Shown here: one piece after another, positions 1 through 12,391 of the stretch | Layout of the letters: each line of letters opens with the position of its first letter | Position numbering within the stretch: position 1 is the first letter of the stretch | Origin: Botryllus schlosseri | Taxonomy: Eukaryota | Direction of reading: 5' to 3' | Assembly: GCA_051294905.1 (NCBI GenBank) | Contig: CM119372.1 | Span: 34,474,001-34,538,000, forward strand | Length of the DNA stretch: 64,000 nt | The notes under the pieces: generated by a model | What the model was told of the DNA's origin: nothing | Database searches by the model: none | The model's input: the letters and a program-made list of their open reading frames with translations, nothing else | Translations under genes and position numbers: made by a program

Positions 1-916
1 TTCAACACAACCCTGGTCTAATAATGTCATAATTTAATAATCAAGTAATGATCAACTATTACAAATCTCATATGTCAAATCAATGCGTCAATCCTTATGT
101 TCACAGCATGATAACTTTGAATATAACACCATCGTTCGATTGTAAGAATTCTCAACTACGTTGGTCAGACATTCAAATCTCGTATACTCAAATGTAATGT
201 GTTAATCTCAAACCGCGCGCCAAGTAGTAATTACTTCATGTTACAGTTGAATAAAAAATATGGGATATGGATACAACTGAGTTGGTATGTTTGTGGGTTG
301 TAGTGATTACTCGCGTAGTCTTGTCTACTTTTCATACGGACACTTTTTGTTTTGGTTTGGTGAGTTACTACAAACGGATTGACTTACCAAGGTTTTTGTA
401 TTTAACTCGTTTCTGCATGGTGAGATGTTAAAATGTTGAGTTGTCATAGTGATAGTATTTCTGAAACTCTATTTTACAAACGGAAACGGAGTCGTGAATA
501 GAGTTGTCAGTTTCAAGGATTGTTTCAAAGTATAATCTTGAAATGTGACTGGGTGAAAGTTGGTAGTCATGTTTGTCAAACCTATTTCAATTCACGCAAT
601 GTCGAAGTCCAAATATTTCATTCTGGATTATTTGGATTTACCTTTAGTACATCCCGCGAATGGATTTAAAGTTGGCAAATTACCAAAATGATTGAATATT
701 ATCGGGTTAGAGATAGTTGGTATTGATTCTATAAGTGTTAAAACACCGACGTGGAATGTGTGAATGATCCGATGCGGGTGAATGTTGGCGTCAGTAATAT
801 TCAGGTTACGTTCGATTCAACAGATCGCGTTAATAGGATTTGTCAAAGGATTTGAGTTGGGTCGAATCAATACATTCAAATACGATTCAACTTGATTTGT
901 GTAGTGAGTTACACTG

Positions 917-1552
917 ATGACTCCCACTTTATCAAACGATATGGCATCGAACAGCGTCAACACTATGCAAGTCGGAGCAACTTCAAATTTTCACGTCGGC
1001 GTCAAATTCGTCTCATCACCCAAAAGAGGTGGCGTTAGCCAATATCTCAAAGGTATATTCATCGACGGTAATAACGAAGAGATATCTTTCACGTGTTTCA
1101 ATCGTGAATTGTTCGGGGTCATTGAGAAAGCATTCTCCAAACGAAAAAAACTCATGGTCAAATCCGGTTGGGTCCAAATTGACAAGTTTACTGGAAAACC
1201 TGCTGTATTACTGGGACGGGCTTCGTCAGTAACCACGCATGGAAAATCGAGACATACGACTGAAGAATACCCATTATTGACCTGCGAATCGGTATACGGG
1301 AATAAAGATGAATACGTTTCGATCGCCGCTACTTGTGTTTCTCGAGAGGAGAAGATGGTCAATTCTGGGGCCGGAAAGGAGTTGAAATTATACAGTTTTA
1401 CATTGAAGGATGATACTGGTGAGGTGGTTTTGGATCAATGGAACAAAGCCTCGCTCGTACCCGGGAAGAAATATCAACTCACTCGTGTTAAAAACTGTGT
1501 CGGCAGCTTGAAAATCGATTCGTTAACTAGACTTGTTGAATTGAAAGAATAG
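917..1552 (+). CDS. Tandem OB-fold ssDNA-binding protein (RPA/SSB-like), 211 aa
   Basis: Intact, intronless ATG-to-TAG ORF. The C-terminal half (YVSIAATCVS...LYSFTLKDDTGEVVLDQWN...LVPGKKYQLTRV...LKIDSLTRLVEL) follows the D-x-T-G-x-(V/I)-x-L-x-x-W pattern of RPA/SSB OB folds. The N-terminal half (GIFIDGNNEEISFTCFN...GWVQIDKFTGKPAVLLGRASSV) looks like a second OB fold. Recognised by eye. Confidence 0.7.
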   Translation: MTPTLSNDMASNSVNTMQVGATSNFHVGVKFVSSPKRGGVSQYLKGIFIDGNNEEISFTCFNRELFGVIEKAFSKRKKLMVKSGWVQIDKFTGKPAVLLGRASSVTTHGKSRHTTEEYPLLTCESVYGNKDEYVSIAATCVSREEKMVNSGAGKELKLYSFTLKDDTGEVVLDQWNKASLVPGKKYQLTRVKNCVGSLKIDSLTRLVELKE

Positions 1553-1989
1553 TTTGCATATTTGTATACCACAATACAATATTTCATTTCGCGTAAAATG
1601 TATGACCTATGTGATTCGCCAACTGCGTTAGTGCGGTGTTGTTCTACTGATCGAGGTGTGAAAATTGTGCTATCGCGATGAAGTTGAGACTGTGAACAGC
1701 AGACTATTTTGTACGCGCGAAACAGCGAATAAGCCGAAAGTATTATTCAGCTAGCAATCAATAGCGAGGAAAGAGAGAACACGATCGGTCATTTGATACG
1801 ACTAAACTACGACATCATATATCATAATTTACGATCAAACTATTTCACACTGACCGGTCTAGTGTAATAATCGATAGTAGCGACTAGACGAGAAATAAGT
1901 CAGCGCGCAGGTCATTCGAAATATAGGTCGCACGCGTAATCCTCACAACAAACCACGTTTCCGTCCGCGCGGTTATTGTTGGTGACTCG

Positions 1990-2405
1990 TACATATTCAA
2001 CACCACGCGAGAGATGTCTATACTCGAAAGTACGAATCATCGCCGCGTCCATAAGAATAACGATATACACATTAACAAAGATTCATTCGCATGACTATTT
2101 ACTTGATACATATTCAACAACGCGCGAGAGATGCCTGAAAGTACGAATCACGACCGCGCCCATAAGAACACATGGCGAGTCGCCACAGATCCCGTAAGAA
2201 TACATGACAGACACATTTATCGTCGTTAGCATGTCGCCGCACGTATACCAAAAAACATTAGCATGCCACCACGAGTTTCGCGTTATCATGCGACCGCACC
2301 CATAAGACGAAAACGTTAGCATGCCACCCCCGCCATAAGACGAAAACGTTAGCATGCCACCCCCGGTTTCTCGTTAGCATGCGACCCCGCCCATAAGAAC
2401 CCCTG
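1990..2405. repeat. Sub-terminal tandem/dispersed repeats of element A1
   Basis: Reiterated ccataaga, gttagcatgccac and gaaagtacgaatca motifs just inside the terminus. Confidence 0.75.
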
Positions 2406-2569
2406 CCACCGGTTGACCGATCTATATAACTACTTATGTTTACTATCGCGATACTCTGCACAGGCCGTGTAAATCCTTTTCACACTCGTAATAGTATACC
2501 AACAGCGACCGGCGACAACGTTTAACAATACCAACAACACTAAACATACGATACCTACCCAAGTAAAAT

Positions 2570-3165
2570 TACCATTTTCACCTAGAGGTCGGTCGTTACC
2601 CGAGTAGAAATACCATTGTCCTTTGGAGATTTATCGTTTACCCAGTGTAACAAACCTTTTTCCCTTGGAAATATATTTTTTCTCTTGGTAACTAACCTTT
2701 TTCACTTGGAAATCTATTTTTGTCCTGGATAACAAACCTTTTTCACTTGGAAATATATTTTTTCTTTTGGTAACAAACCTTTTTCACTTGGAAATATATT
2801 TTTTCTCTGGTTAACAAACCTTTTTCACTTGGAAATATATTTTTTCTCTGGGTAACAAACCTTTTTCACTTGGAAATATATTTTTTCCCCGGGTAACAAA
2901 CCTTTTTCCCTGAGCAACAAACCATTTTCACTTGGTGGTCCGTCGTTTACCCGAGTAAAAATATCATTTTCTTTTGGAGATCCGGCGTTTACCCAGTGTA
3001 ACAATACATTTTCACTTGGAAAAATACTTTTACCTAGAGTAACTAATCATTTTCTCCTGGGTAACAAACCCTTTTCGTCTGGAAACTATCATTTACCTGA
3101 GTACCAATACCGTTTTCACTTGGAAATCTATCTTTTCCCTGGGTAACAATACCATTTTCGTTTTA
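2570..3165 (+). repeat. 41-bp tandem array, left arm of A2
   Basis: Unit ggaaatatattttttctctgggtaacaaacctttttcactt, degenerate at both edges. Confidence 0.9.
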
Positions 3166-5606
3166 AAAACTGACAACCACACCGGTCAATTTGATATTTT
3201 TTGTATATTGTTACAACAGACAGCGACAAAATATACACCAACAACGACTCCGATACATTTGTCTAATCAAATATTCACTTGCTCTGATGCATCCCATCAA
3301 AATCATTGGTTACTCACATACAATAACAACGTGCTGTTGTACATCGACATGTATGTTTTCGGAATTGGTGAATAAAGGGGTTTCCGATATGTCCGTGATG
3401 TCCGGGTTCGTGCTTTGGATTTTCCAGAGTCAAAATGTCTGAATAAAACACCTCCTCGACTTTGGTAACTGGTTGATACACGGATAATGGTGTTTGGAAA
3501 ACGGATGAATTTATGTTCCCCATCGCGCTGACAACATCGGGTACTTGTGAGTTTCCTCGGGTCTGTTTACTATATTGTGTCTTTACTGGTCAATACATGT
3601 CGCTCCAGTCAGCTGAAACCGGATCACTAATATGAGAAAGTGTGGGGGCCGGATCCGGATATTCACTCATGACCCAACGACCGATATTCAAGTAAACATG
3701 TTACAGACCGTGTTTTGTCTCCATGAAAAATACCTATGCATACACCATCACATCAAGTACGTCACGATTGTTCACAAGTATTTGCGTAAACGAGGTGTAT
3801 GTACAATGTGTCGATGCACAAACATCATGGGACACAAATTCACGTTCTCAAGTCTCATCATGCGCCGACTCTGTACATTCAATGTGGGCATAGATGACTT
3901 GGAGACAGGCAAGCGGTCATATTTGGACGTAACATGGTCTTAGTATGAACCGACCTCCACCCAACTTGTGAAAAATACATCTCACACGAGTACAGCCCTT
4001 TCACGGGTTCACACCTTGATTTTGCAAGATTGTTCGGATTCTCAGGTAGACTTGTATCGTGATCTAGACTTCGACATAATCGGGTTGCGTAACTCGCTCA
4101 ATCCCTCCACGTATTGTTCGTCCTAACCTGCGAACTTTTTGCTGAGACCGCAGTGTTTCACCTGGTTTTCGGTATTTGGCGATCACCATCGTTATCAATC
4201 TTGCAGGTGATGAATATGCCCGATGTTGCTACTCCCACACAACGACTCCAGCTAAACATCGTGAGCAGTGACTCCGGATTGAAATCGTAAACAGGGACTC
4301 TGTGTGTGTGTGAATCTCGAGTTCGAATACGATTAGATAATGTAATCCGAGGTGTGTCTCTGTGGGTTGAAGACTGATTTCGTGTTAACCACTCCGCAAG
4401 AGGGTGCTGTCTCGTAATTCTACATGCCGTTATAAAACGTGGTTGGAAACTTTTGGTCTAGTTGATCCAGCTACGTATTGAAACGGTGCACCCACGCAGA
4501 CCACTGAGAAAACGTTGTCGTTACCTGACTATATCCCCGAGTAATTATGGGATTACGCGTAACGTTCCATAGATTCCTCTGGCCTCACACCGTGGTTTTA
4601 CGACACAGACAAGATGCAGCGGTGGAAATATTGAAAATGAAAAACGATACCTTGGCGACATTTGATTTGGATTTTCACCTGATGAACCATACACTCGATT
4701 GGTACATTGGGATGACAACTCTATCGTCGAGGTCAGGGGAAAAGAAATGTACAGATTTGTTGGTGTTGTGGATATTCAGCGAAAATCAGGGTATATGGAT
4801 GTGTATGGGTCGCATATTTGACTGAGAATATATCGGTATGCATAATGCACTATCCATTGTATCATGTCTCCAAGTCATCTATGCCCACATTGAATGTACA
4901 GAGTCGGCGCATGATGAGACTTGAGAACGTGAATTTGTGTCCCATGATGTTTGTGCATCGACACATTGTACATACACCTCGTTTACGCAAATACTTGTGA
5001 ACAATCGTGACGTACTTGATGTGATGGTGTATGCATAGGTATTTTTCATGGAGACAAAACACGGTCGGTAACATGTTTACTTGAATATCGGTCGTTGGGT
5101 CATGAGTGAATATCCGGATCCGGCCCCCACACTTTCTCATATTAGTGATCCGGTTTCAGCTGACTGGAGCGACATGTATTGACCAGTAAAGACACAATAT
5201 AGTAAACAGACCCGAGGAAACTCACAAGTACCCGATGTTGTCAGCGCGATGGGGAACAAAAATTCATCCGTTTTCCAAACACCATTATCCGTGTATCAAC
5301 CAGTTACCAAAGTCGAGGAGGTGTTTTATTCAGACATTTTGACTCTGGAAAATCCAAAGCACGAACCCGGACATCACGGACATATCGGAAACCCCTTTAT
5401 TCACCAATTCCGAAAACATACATGTCGATGTACAACAGCACGTTGTTATTGTATGTGAGTAACCAATGATTTTGATGGGATGCATCAGAGCAAGTGAATA
5501 TTTGATTAGACAAATGTATCGGAGTCGTTGTTGGTGTATATTTTGTCGCTGTCTGTTGTAACAATATACAAAAAGTATCAAATTGACCGGTGTGGTTGTC
5601 AGTTTT

Positions 5607-6285
5607 TAAAACGAAAATGGTATTGTTACCCAGGGAAAAGATAGATTTCCAAGTGAAAACGGTATTGGTACTCAGGTAAATGATAGTTTCCAGACGAAAA
5701 GGGTTTGTTACCCAGGAGAAAATGATTAGTTACTCTAGGTAAAAGTATTTTTCCAAGTGAAAATGTATTGTTACACTGGGTAAACGCCGGATCTCCAAAA
5801 GAAAATGATATTTTTACTCGGGTAAACGACGAACCACCAAGTGAAAATGGTTTGTTGCTCAGGGAAAAAGGTTTGTTACCCGGGGAAAAAATATATTTCC
5901 AAGTGAAAAAGGTTTGTTACCCAGAGAAAAAATATATTTCCAAGTGAAAAAGGTTTGTTAACCAGAGAAAAAATATATTTCCAAGTGAAAAAGGTTTGTT
6001 AACCAGAGAAAAAATATATTTCCAAGTGAAAAAGGTTTGTTAACCAGAGAAAAAATATATTTCCAAGTGAAAAAGGTTTGTTACCAAGAGAAAAAATATA
6101 TTTCCAAGTGAAAAGGTTTGTTATCCAGGACAAAAATAGATTTCCAAGTGAAAAAGGTTAGTTACCAAGAGAAAAAATATATTTCCAAGGGAAAAAGGTT
6201 TGTTACACTGGGTAAACGATAAATCTCCAAAGGACAATGGTATTTCTACTCGGGTAACGACCGACCTCTAGGTGAAAATGGTAAT
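5607..6285 (-). repeat. 41-bp tandem array, right arm of A2 (two units longer than the left copy)
   Basis: Reverse complement of the 2570-3165 array. The arm length difference of 81 bp equals two units minus a 1-bp indel. Confidence 0.9.
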
Positions 6286-9200
6286 TTTACTTGGGTAGGT
6301 ATCGTATGTTTAGTGTTGTTGGTATTGTTAAACGTTGTCGCCGGTAGCTGTTGGTATACTATTACGAGTGTGAAAAGGATTTACACGGCCTGTGCAGAGT
6401 ATCGCGATAGTAAACATATTTTTGGTGCGACGAAACAAGATCGTTGTTTAAATTTTAATGCATTTCGATTACCGAGTTGCTGTACAGTAGAGATGACTCT
6501 ACATTAGACCGTGCTGTATACTTCGATTAAAACCACAAGACCACATGTAAATCTATTCACGCAACTCGATGATGTTGATATAGTGTTACTAAAATTAATT
6601 ATTACCTATTTACACAACATAAAAATAACAATTCATGTCGTAGCAGGTTTCTTGAACTCGTGCTTGATGAAACGAATGGTGACAAGTAGGCTTTGAGTGA
6701 AAAATAATTATTTAGAGTAGTGACATTTTGTGACCAACGAATGTAAATCGATCATGATATTACAATATATGCTATCGTCAACATACCGACTTGGCGTAGA
6801 AACACTTTCACGTTTTTTTGAATAACTGGATTCTCGAGACTTGCTACTTGTACGATGTATCGTTGGTGTGCAAACTATAACGGCCATTTTGTATGATAGT
6901 ATGTTTTAGTTGTATTGTTGTGAGGACAACCATGTGATGACTCAGCGCTTTTCGTTAGCAAAGTTGGTTGATTTGTGTGTAAGATGTAAGCACCGTGCTA
7001 GAAAACATATGTATTCTGTTGTTGGAGTAGTTGATTTATTGTTATGACATGGACATATCCTGAAGCCTTGGTTTGTTGTCTTACGAAAGATGAGGCGACC
7101 TCGGTGTCGTAAATTGTGTTAACTAAACTCGTGTGGATACCACAATTGTGCTGGACTTACACCACCAATCATTGTACAGGTTTGTAGCATGAGCGAATAT
7201 TTTCGTGTAACATGAATATCTTTCGTATACACTTAGTATGAAATGAGATGTGTGGAACAATAATTAGTGTCGTACAAAGTGTTGTGTTTGATTGCTTACT
7301 TACTTTTTATCAATGTCTATGTGATGTTAAAAGACGACTGAGTTTTCATTTACATTAAGCGGAGAAACTCATGTAATAAATTTTACTCATTTGAAAATCG
7401 ACTCGCGTGAAAATACCGATTAACGGTATCAATATGAGCAGTATGTTATTTTTCGCGATATGCAACCAATCTTCTAAGCATAACTTGTCAAAATTTATCG
7501 TGTCATAGAAAAGTCGGCTGTTACGAATTCGAAACAAATGTACTTCGGTTATCACGACAAAGGGAATTGAGATCAACGCAGTATTTCGGAAGTGAATGTG
7601 TATCGTTTGGTATGTTCAGCAATCACTAAATGATAAAAATATGAAACTGTGCATACAACTCGGTTAGGTAAACGATACAGTTACAAGTCGGATGTGATCT
7701 CGATTTACAGATGACAGCTTGATGATGTAAAGCTCAACCACTCCAGTGTGTGTGTTTATTGCAAAGTATTTGACACAAACAAAATATTGAACGTAGGCCC
7801 ACCACTTGGTTTCATTACGAGGTGAGTGAAAATTGTTTTCTGTTGGTCAGGTATGATTTGCATTTAGAAAAACGCTCTATGCCGATTAAGCGACGCTGTT
7901 TAATATCATAATCCGATGACTGAGTGAAATTTCCTTATGGTTTGATTTAGCGAGTTAATTACCGGCGATTCAATCACATACAAGTAAGATCTTTTACGGG
8001 ATGAGTATTGTGACAACATATACTTTGACGAATGACAATGGGGAGAAATTTCCGATTTCTTTGGTCGTGAGCGTTCTACAAATATTTCCGGCATACATTT
8101 AGCAAGCAACCTACAATATTCTTTTGTTATGGTAATGACTTTCACAAGTTTGGTTTTATGATTACAATTACTTATTTAAATGATAATTTATGATCACTAC
8201 TTTGAGTAACAATACAAACACATTTTGTAGATTTCAGTGTAGCGCCTATTGCGATTTTGTTAATGCTATGAGTTTTGTGTATTACTCAAGTCTAGTAGAA
8301 TAGGATGCGTCCAGTAAAGATATTCCAAACGAAATTGTTGTGTCATCTTTAGTCTTGGTTACTGGAAACAACTACATTTGTAAAAATATTTTCTGATATC
8401 CGTAATACACAGAGTGATTTGTACCAACACGGAATATCTTTCAAACCAAGAACATTTCAGACAAGTATAGTTTTACAAATCAATATGTTAATAACCACGG
8501 CGGTGAAAAGTTTGTTGCTGCCATAATAACCTTTACCGCAACGCCGGGTCTAATTAACGCGAATAATTTAATAATCAAGCCATGATCAACTATTACATAT
8601 GTCAAATCCATGTGTCAATCCTTATGTTTACAGCATGATAACTTTCAATGTAATACCGGTGTTCGATCGTATAAAATGAATTCTTAACTACGTTGGTCAG
8701 ACATTCAAATATCATATACTCAAAACATATGTTAATCTCAAGTCGCCGACACCGAGAAGTAATTACTTTTGTCTTACAAAATATACCACATAGTAATTTC
8801 TTTGTCTTGCGGAATAGTAACGACTTTTACAGTTGAATAAAAGTACGAGTTGGTGGACTATGAATACAACCGAACTTGCTATGGATTTTGGATTGTGGTG
8901 ATTACTCGCGTAGTCTTGTCTACTTTTCATAAGGATACTTTTTGCTTTGGTTGGGTAAGTTACAAACGGATTGACTTGACAAGGTTTTTTGTATTTTACT
9001 CTTTTGTGTATGGGAAGATGTTAAAATGTTGAGACGTAATACTATTTCCGTTCACTCGATTACAACAAAAAAAATAACCCGATAGCTTGTTCAAGGTTTC
9101 GAGAAATAGATTGAAATATTCCGATTTAACTCATCGCGTCACAAGTCGATCGCGGTATGCACAAGTGGTTGTCAAGTTAGAAATATTTACAACAGGTGCT

Positions 9201-10849
9201 ATTTCATTGAATGATTCTATTGTGTGTAGTAACACATTAAAATATCGCGATAGTATTTACTGAAACTGACAAACGGAAAACTCAGTCGTGAATAGAGATT
9301 TAAGTTTCAAGGATTGTTTCAAAGTATAATCTTGAAATGTGACTGGATCAAAGTTAGTAGTCATGTTTGTCAAAGACCAAATATTTCATTTTGGATTATC
9401 TGGATTTACCTTTAGTACATCCCGCGAATGGATTCCGATGCGGTACTATAACATTTTTGATAATAATGACTCAAGGATTTTCAATCAACAATACTGGAAT
9501 TTTTTTGGTAATGCTAGAGTTGCCAAATGATTAGTTGCGTGTTTTTGTTAAGTGTTTGATTTCAAGTTAATAAAGACAATAACTGTGTAATGCACATACT
9601 TGTGATTCTTGATTCTTGTAGAGTTATAGTTGGTATTGATTCTATAAGTGTGAAAACAGCGGCGAATGTGCGAATAATTCAATGCGGCTGAAAGTCGGCG
9701 TCAGTAATATTCGGGTTACGTTCGATTCAACAAAAACGCGTTAAGGGATTTGTCAAAGGATTAGAGTTGTACCGATTTAGAACATTCAGATACGAATCGA
9801 CTTGATTTGTGTAGTGAGTTTCATTTCAAGTTGATAAACTAACACATTGATTGAATATTTTCATGGATCTTATCACGCAACTAAAGTCAGCCACTATTCT
9901 GGAGGCGTGAAACATATAGCGATCGCGGGCGAGTGACAAATTGTTGGTTTTCGAATCACCGCCTGCGACGGTTCTGTGACAAACTAATTACCGAAATATT
10001 ACCTTGTGAGCGGGTATGAGGGATTGCTATGTCTGAAGCATTATCCGGTGAGTGGTCGTCGGATTTTAAAATTATCACACCCTTTTGAATAAGCGTTCAC
10101 TTCACAGAGGATTAGGGTTAGAGCGGAAATAAGTGACAATTTGTCGCTATTCAAGTTACCGACACTGGCGGTCTGTTATTCGTTACTTGTTAAATCTTAC
10201 CAGCGATATCAAGTTCTGTGACAAACTGATTACTAAAATTTCACCGCGTGAGCGATCAATATGCCTGTAACACCAAGTCGTGAAAGATGGTTATGACCGA
10301 GACATTATCTTGTCAGCGATCGCGGGGTTTTGCAAACTATTTCACACCCTTTTTGAAGTGTTAGTTTGTGTGCATGGTTATTGTTGGTGTTGGAATCACC
10401 GTCTACACCGGTTCTGTGACAAAATAATTACCAAAATATAATTCTGCGAGTGATGCCTACGAATATTTCACCGCGTGAGCGATCGATATGCCTGTAACAC
10501 CAAGTCGCGAAAGATGGTTATGTCCGAGACATTATCTCGTCAGCGATCGCGGGGTTTTGTAAACTATTTCACACATTTTTGAAGTGTTAGTTTGTGAACG
10601 TGGTTATTGTTGATATTCGAATCGCCGTCTACGCCGACTCTGTGGTAAACTAATTACCAAAATATTACCTCGGAAGTGACTCCTAGATTTAGCAAACTAT
10701 TTCGCACTGAATGGAATAGTGTAATAATCGATAGTAGCACGCGGTTGGCCGTGAAACAATTCAGCGCGCAGGTCATTCGAAATATAGGTCGCACTGCTTA
10801 ATCCTCACAACGAGCCACGTTTCCGTTTGTGTGGTTATTGTTGGTGACT

Positions 10850-11295
10850 ATTCAACACCGCGCGAGAGATGCCTGAAAGTACGAATCACGACCGCACCCA
10901 TAAGAACACATAGCGAATCACCAACACAGCCTATACGCGAAAGTACGGCATGCGAAAGTACGATGTGCGAGAGATGCCTACACCCGAAAGTACGATATGC
11001 CGACGCGACCATAAGAACACATAGCGAATCACCAACACAGCCTATACGCGAAAGTACGACATGCGAAAGTACGATGTGCGAGAGATGCCTACACCCGAAA
11101 GTACGATATACCAACACGAGTTTTCAATACGAGTCACCGCCGCAGCCTATACTTGAAAGTACGATGTGCGAGCGCACCCATAAGAACACATTACGATGTG
11201 CGAGCGATAGGGGGGGTCTAAAAGTACGATATGCCAACACGAGTTTTCAATACGATGTGCGAGCGGGCCCATAAGAAACCCATTGCGTCATGCGA
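10850..11295. repeat. Sub-terminal repeats of A2
   Basis: Reiterated gaaagtacga, cgagagatgcct and ccataagaacaca blocks, including a ~111-bp tandem duplication. Confidence 0.8.
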
Positions 11296-12391
11296 GCGAT
11301 CGTATATACTACTCTTGTGTTTTACCTTTTGCAAGAACCTGGTCTCAATATGTCATTTGCGTGAAATCATTTGGCGTGCCATGAAAAATCACCTCGCGTG
11401 ATACGAATGGCACGCGTGCACGGGTTTGCCGACCCCTGAATTCTACGACAACACAACTACAGGGGATATCAAAAATCGTTAGTTGATAGGGATGGATATT
11501 GTTGATGATATTGAGTTATTTTGGCATTTGAGCTTGACACATCAGCAATTTCTTCTGTCGATATGCATTGTCAATAGTCCGTGAAATATTTAAAGATTGG
11601 TCATTCGTCCTTTGAAAAGCAATCTACCATTTCGCATGTCGAGAGCCGTCGAGATAGGACGAAGACGACGATCCATTCACACAGCCGTCAGTCGCGTAGC
11701 AATAGAACAGTTAGGTTAGGCCTATCCAGCTTTCTCCGGCTATACGCGTCGATTTTTGTGTGTATTTCTGCAATAAGAAGACAACTAGGTTATGTCAGGT
11801 AGTGGCTGAGCGCATAGACAATCGGCAGATTAAGATATCGCTTACCCGTACTTCGATAAGGTAGCGTCAGTAAATTTAGCAAGATTATCGAGTGAAATAT
11901 CGGTGGTCGAAGGTTATGAGAAGCGACCAATACAACTCGTTGTCTTTAAACAATTCGCCATATTCTGAGTTTTATAGTCAGCAATGAAGTAAATGCAAAA
12001 GTCCTATCCTCTGGGTACATTTCCATAACATGTTCAAATAATGATCATGTCTGTAAATTTTGCTCCCGCTGATATCGAGCACAAATCTTGTCAAGGAATG
12101 ATAAACTGACTTATACAACACCTGGCTTACCTATAGCAAAAGTGATAAGGCAACTGGGGCATTGTACCACTCATAATTCTGTGCTATAACACTATAGACC
12201 AGTGGTTCTCAACCGCCGGTCCGCAATGACTTTTCTGCCGGTCCGCCAGGTATTTTAAAATTTTATACTTTAATTTCAAGTTGCTAGATGTTGAAGGCTT
12301 TTCAAATGATGAAATAAATAAAACATCAAATACAAACTTATTCAGAACTTCGTGAGGTAACATTAGGCCTGAAAGCATGTTCCATTTAACT

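Larger units (their letters stand above)
1..2434. mobile_element. Right-hand part of Polinton/Maverick-like element A1 (left part lies upstream of the window)
   Basis: Ends ...gaccgatctatataactact at 2434 (reverse complement AGTAGTTATATAGATCGGTC), matching the termini at 11313, 39762 and 55154. 1-910 is homologous to ~8530-9820 and ~1835-2200 to ~10690-10920. Followed by tatgtt, the presumed 6-bp TSD. Confidence 0.8.
2435..11313. mobile_element. Palindromic Polinton/Maverick-like element A2 (inner left arm, loop and complete right arm)
   Basis: 2435-3907 is the reverse complement of 4865-6418 (the ORF track mirrors 3191-3442+ with 5330-5581-). Loop 3908-4864. The right arm continues to ...gcgatcgtatatactact at 11313, followed by cttgtg. 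Homologous to the arms of element B. Confidence 0.8.

Noticed and set aside
1..2434. Helitron assignment because of the RPA-like gene
   Set aside because: No Rep/helicase ORF and no CTRR end with a hairpin; the family has AGTAGT inverted termini and a 6-bp TSD.
2570..3165. 41-bp array as a CRISPR array
   Set aside because: Units are contiguous with no unique spacers, there are no cas genes, and the context is eukaryotic.
4547..4825. 92-aa ORF in the loop of A2 as a Polinton core gene
   Set aside because: No recognisable pPolB, integrase, ATPase, protease or capsid motif by eye; a profile search would be needed to exclude a remote remnant.
10831..11274. 147-aa ORF, and similar ORFs at 39735-40519 and 54339-55184
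   Set aside because: They are open only because they run through stop-poor sub-terminal tandem repeats; no protein-like features.
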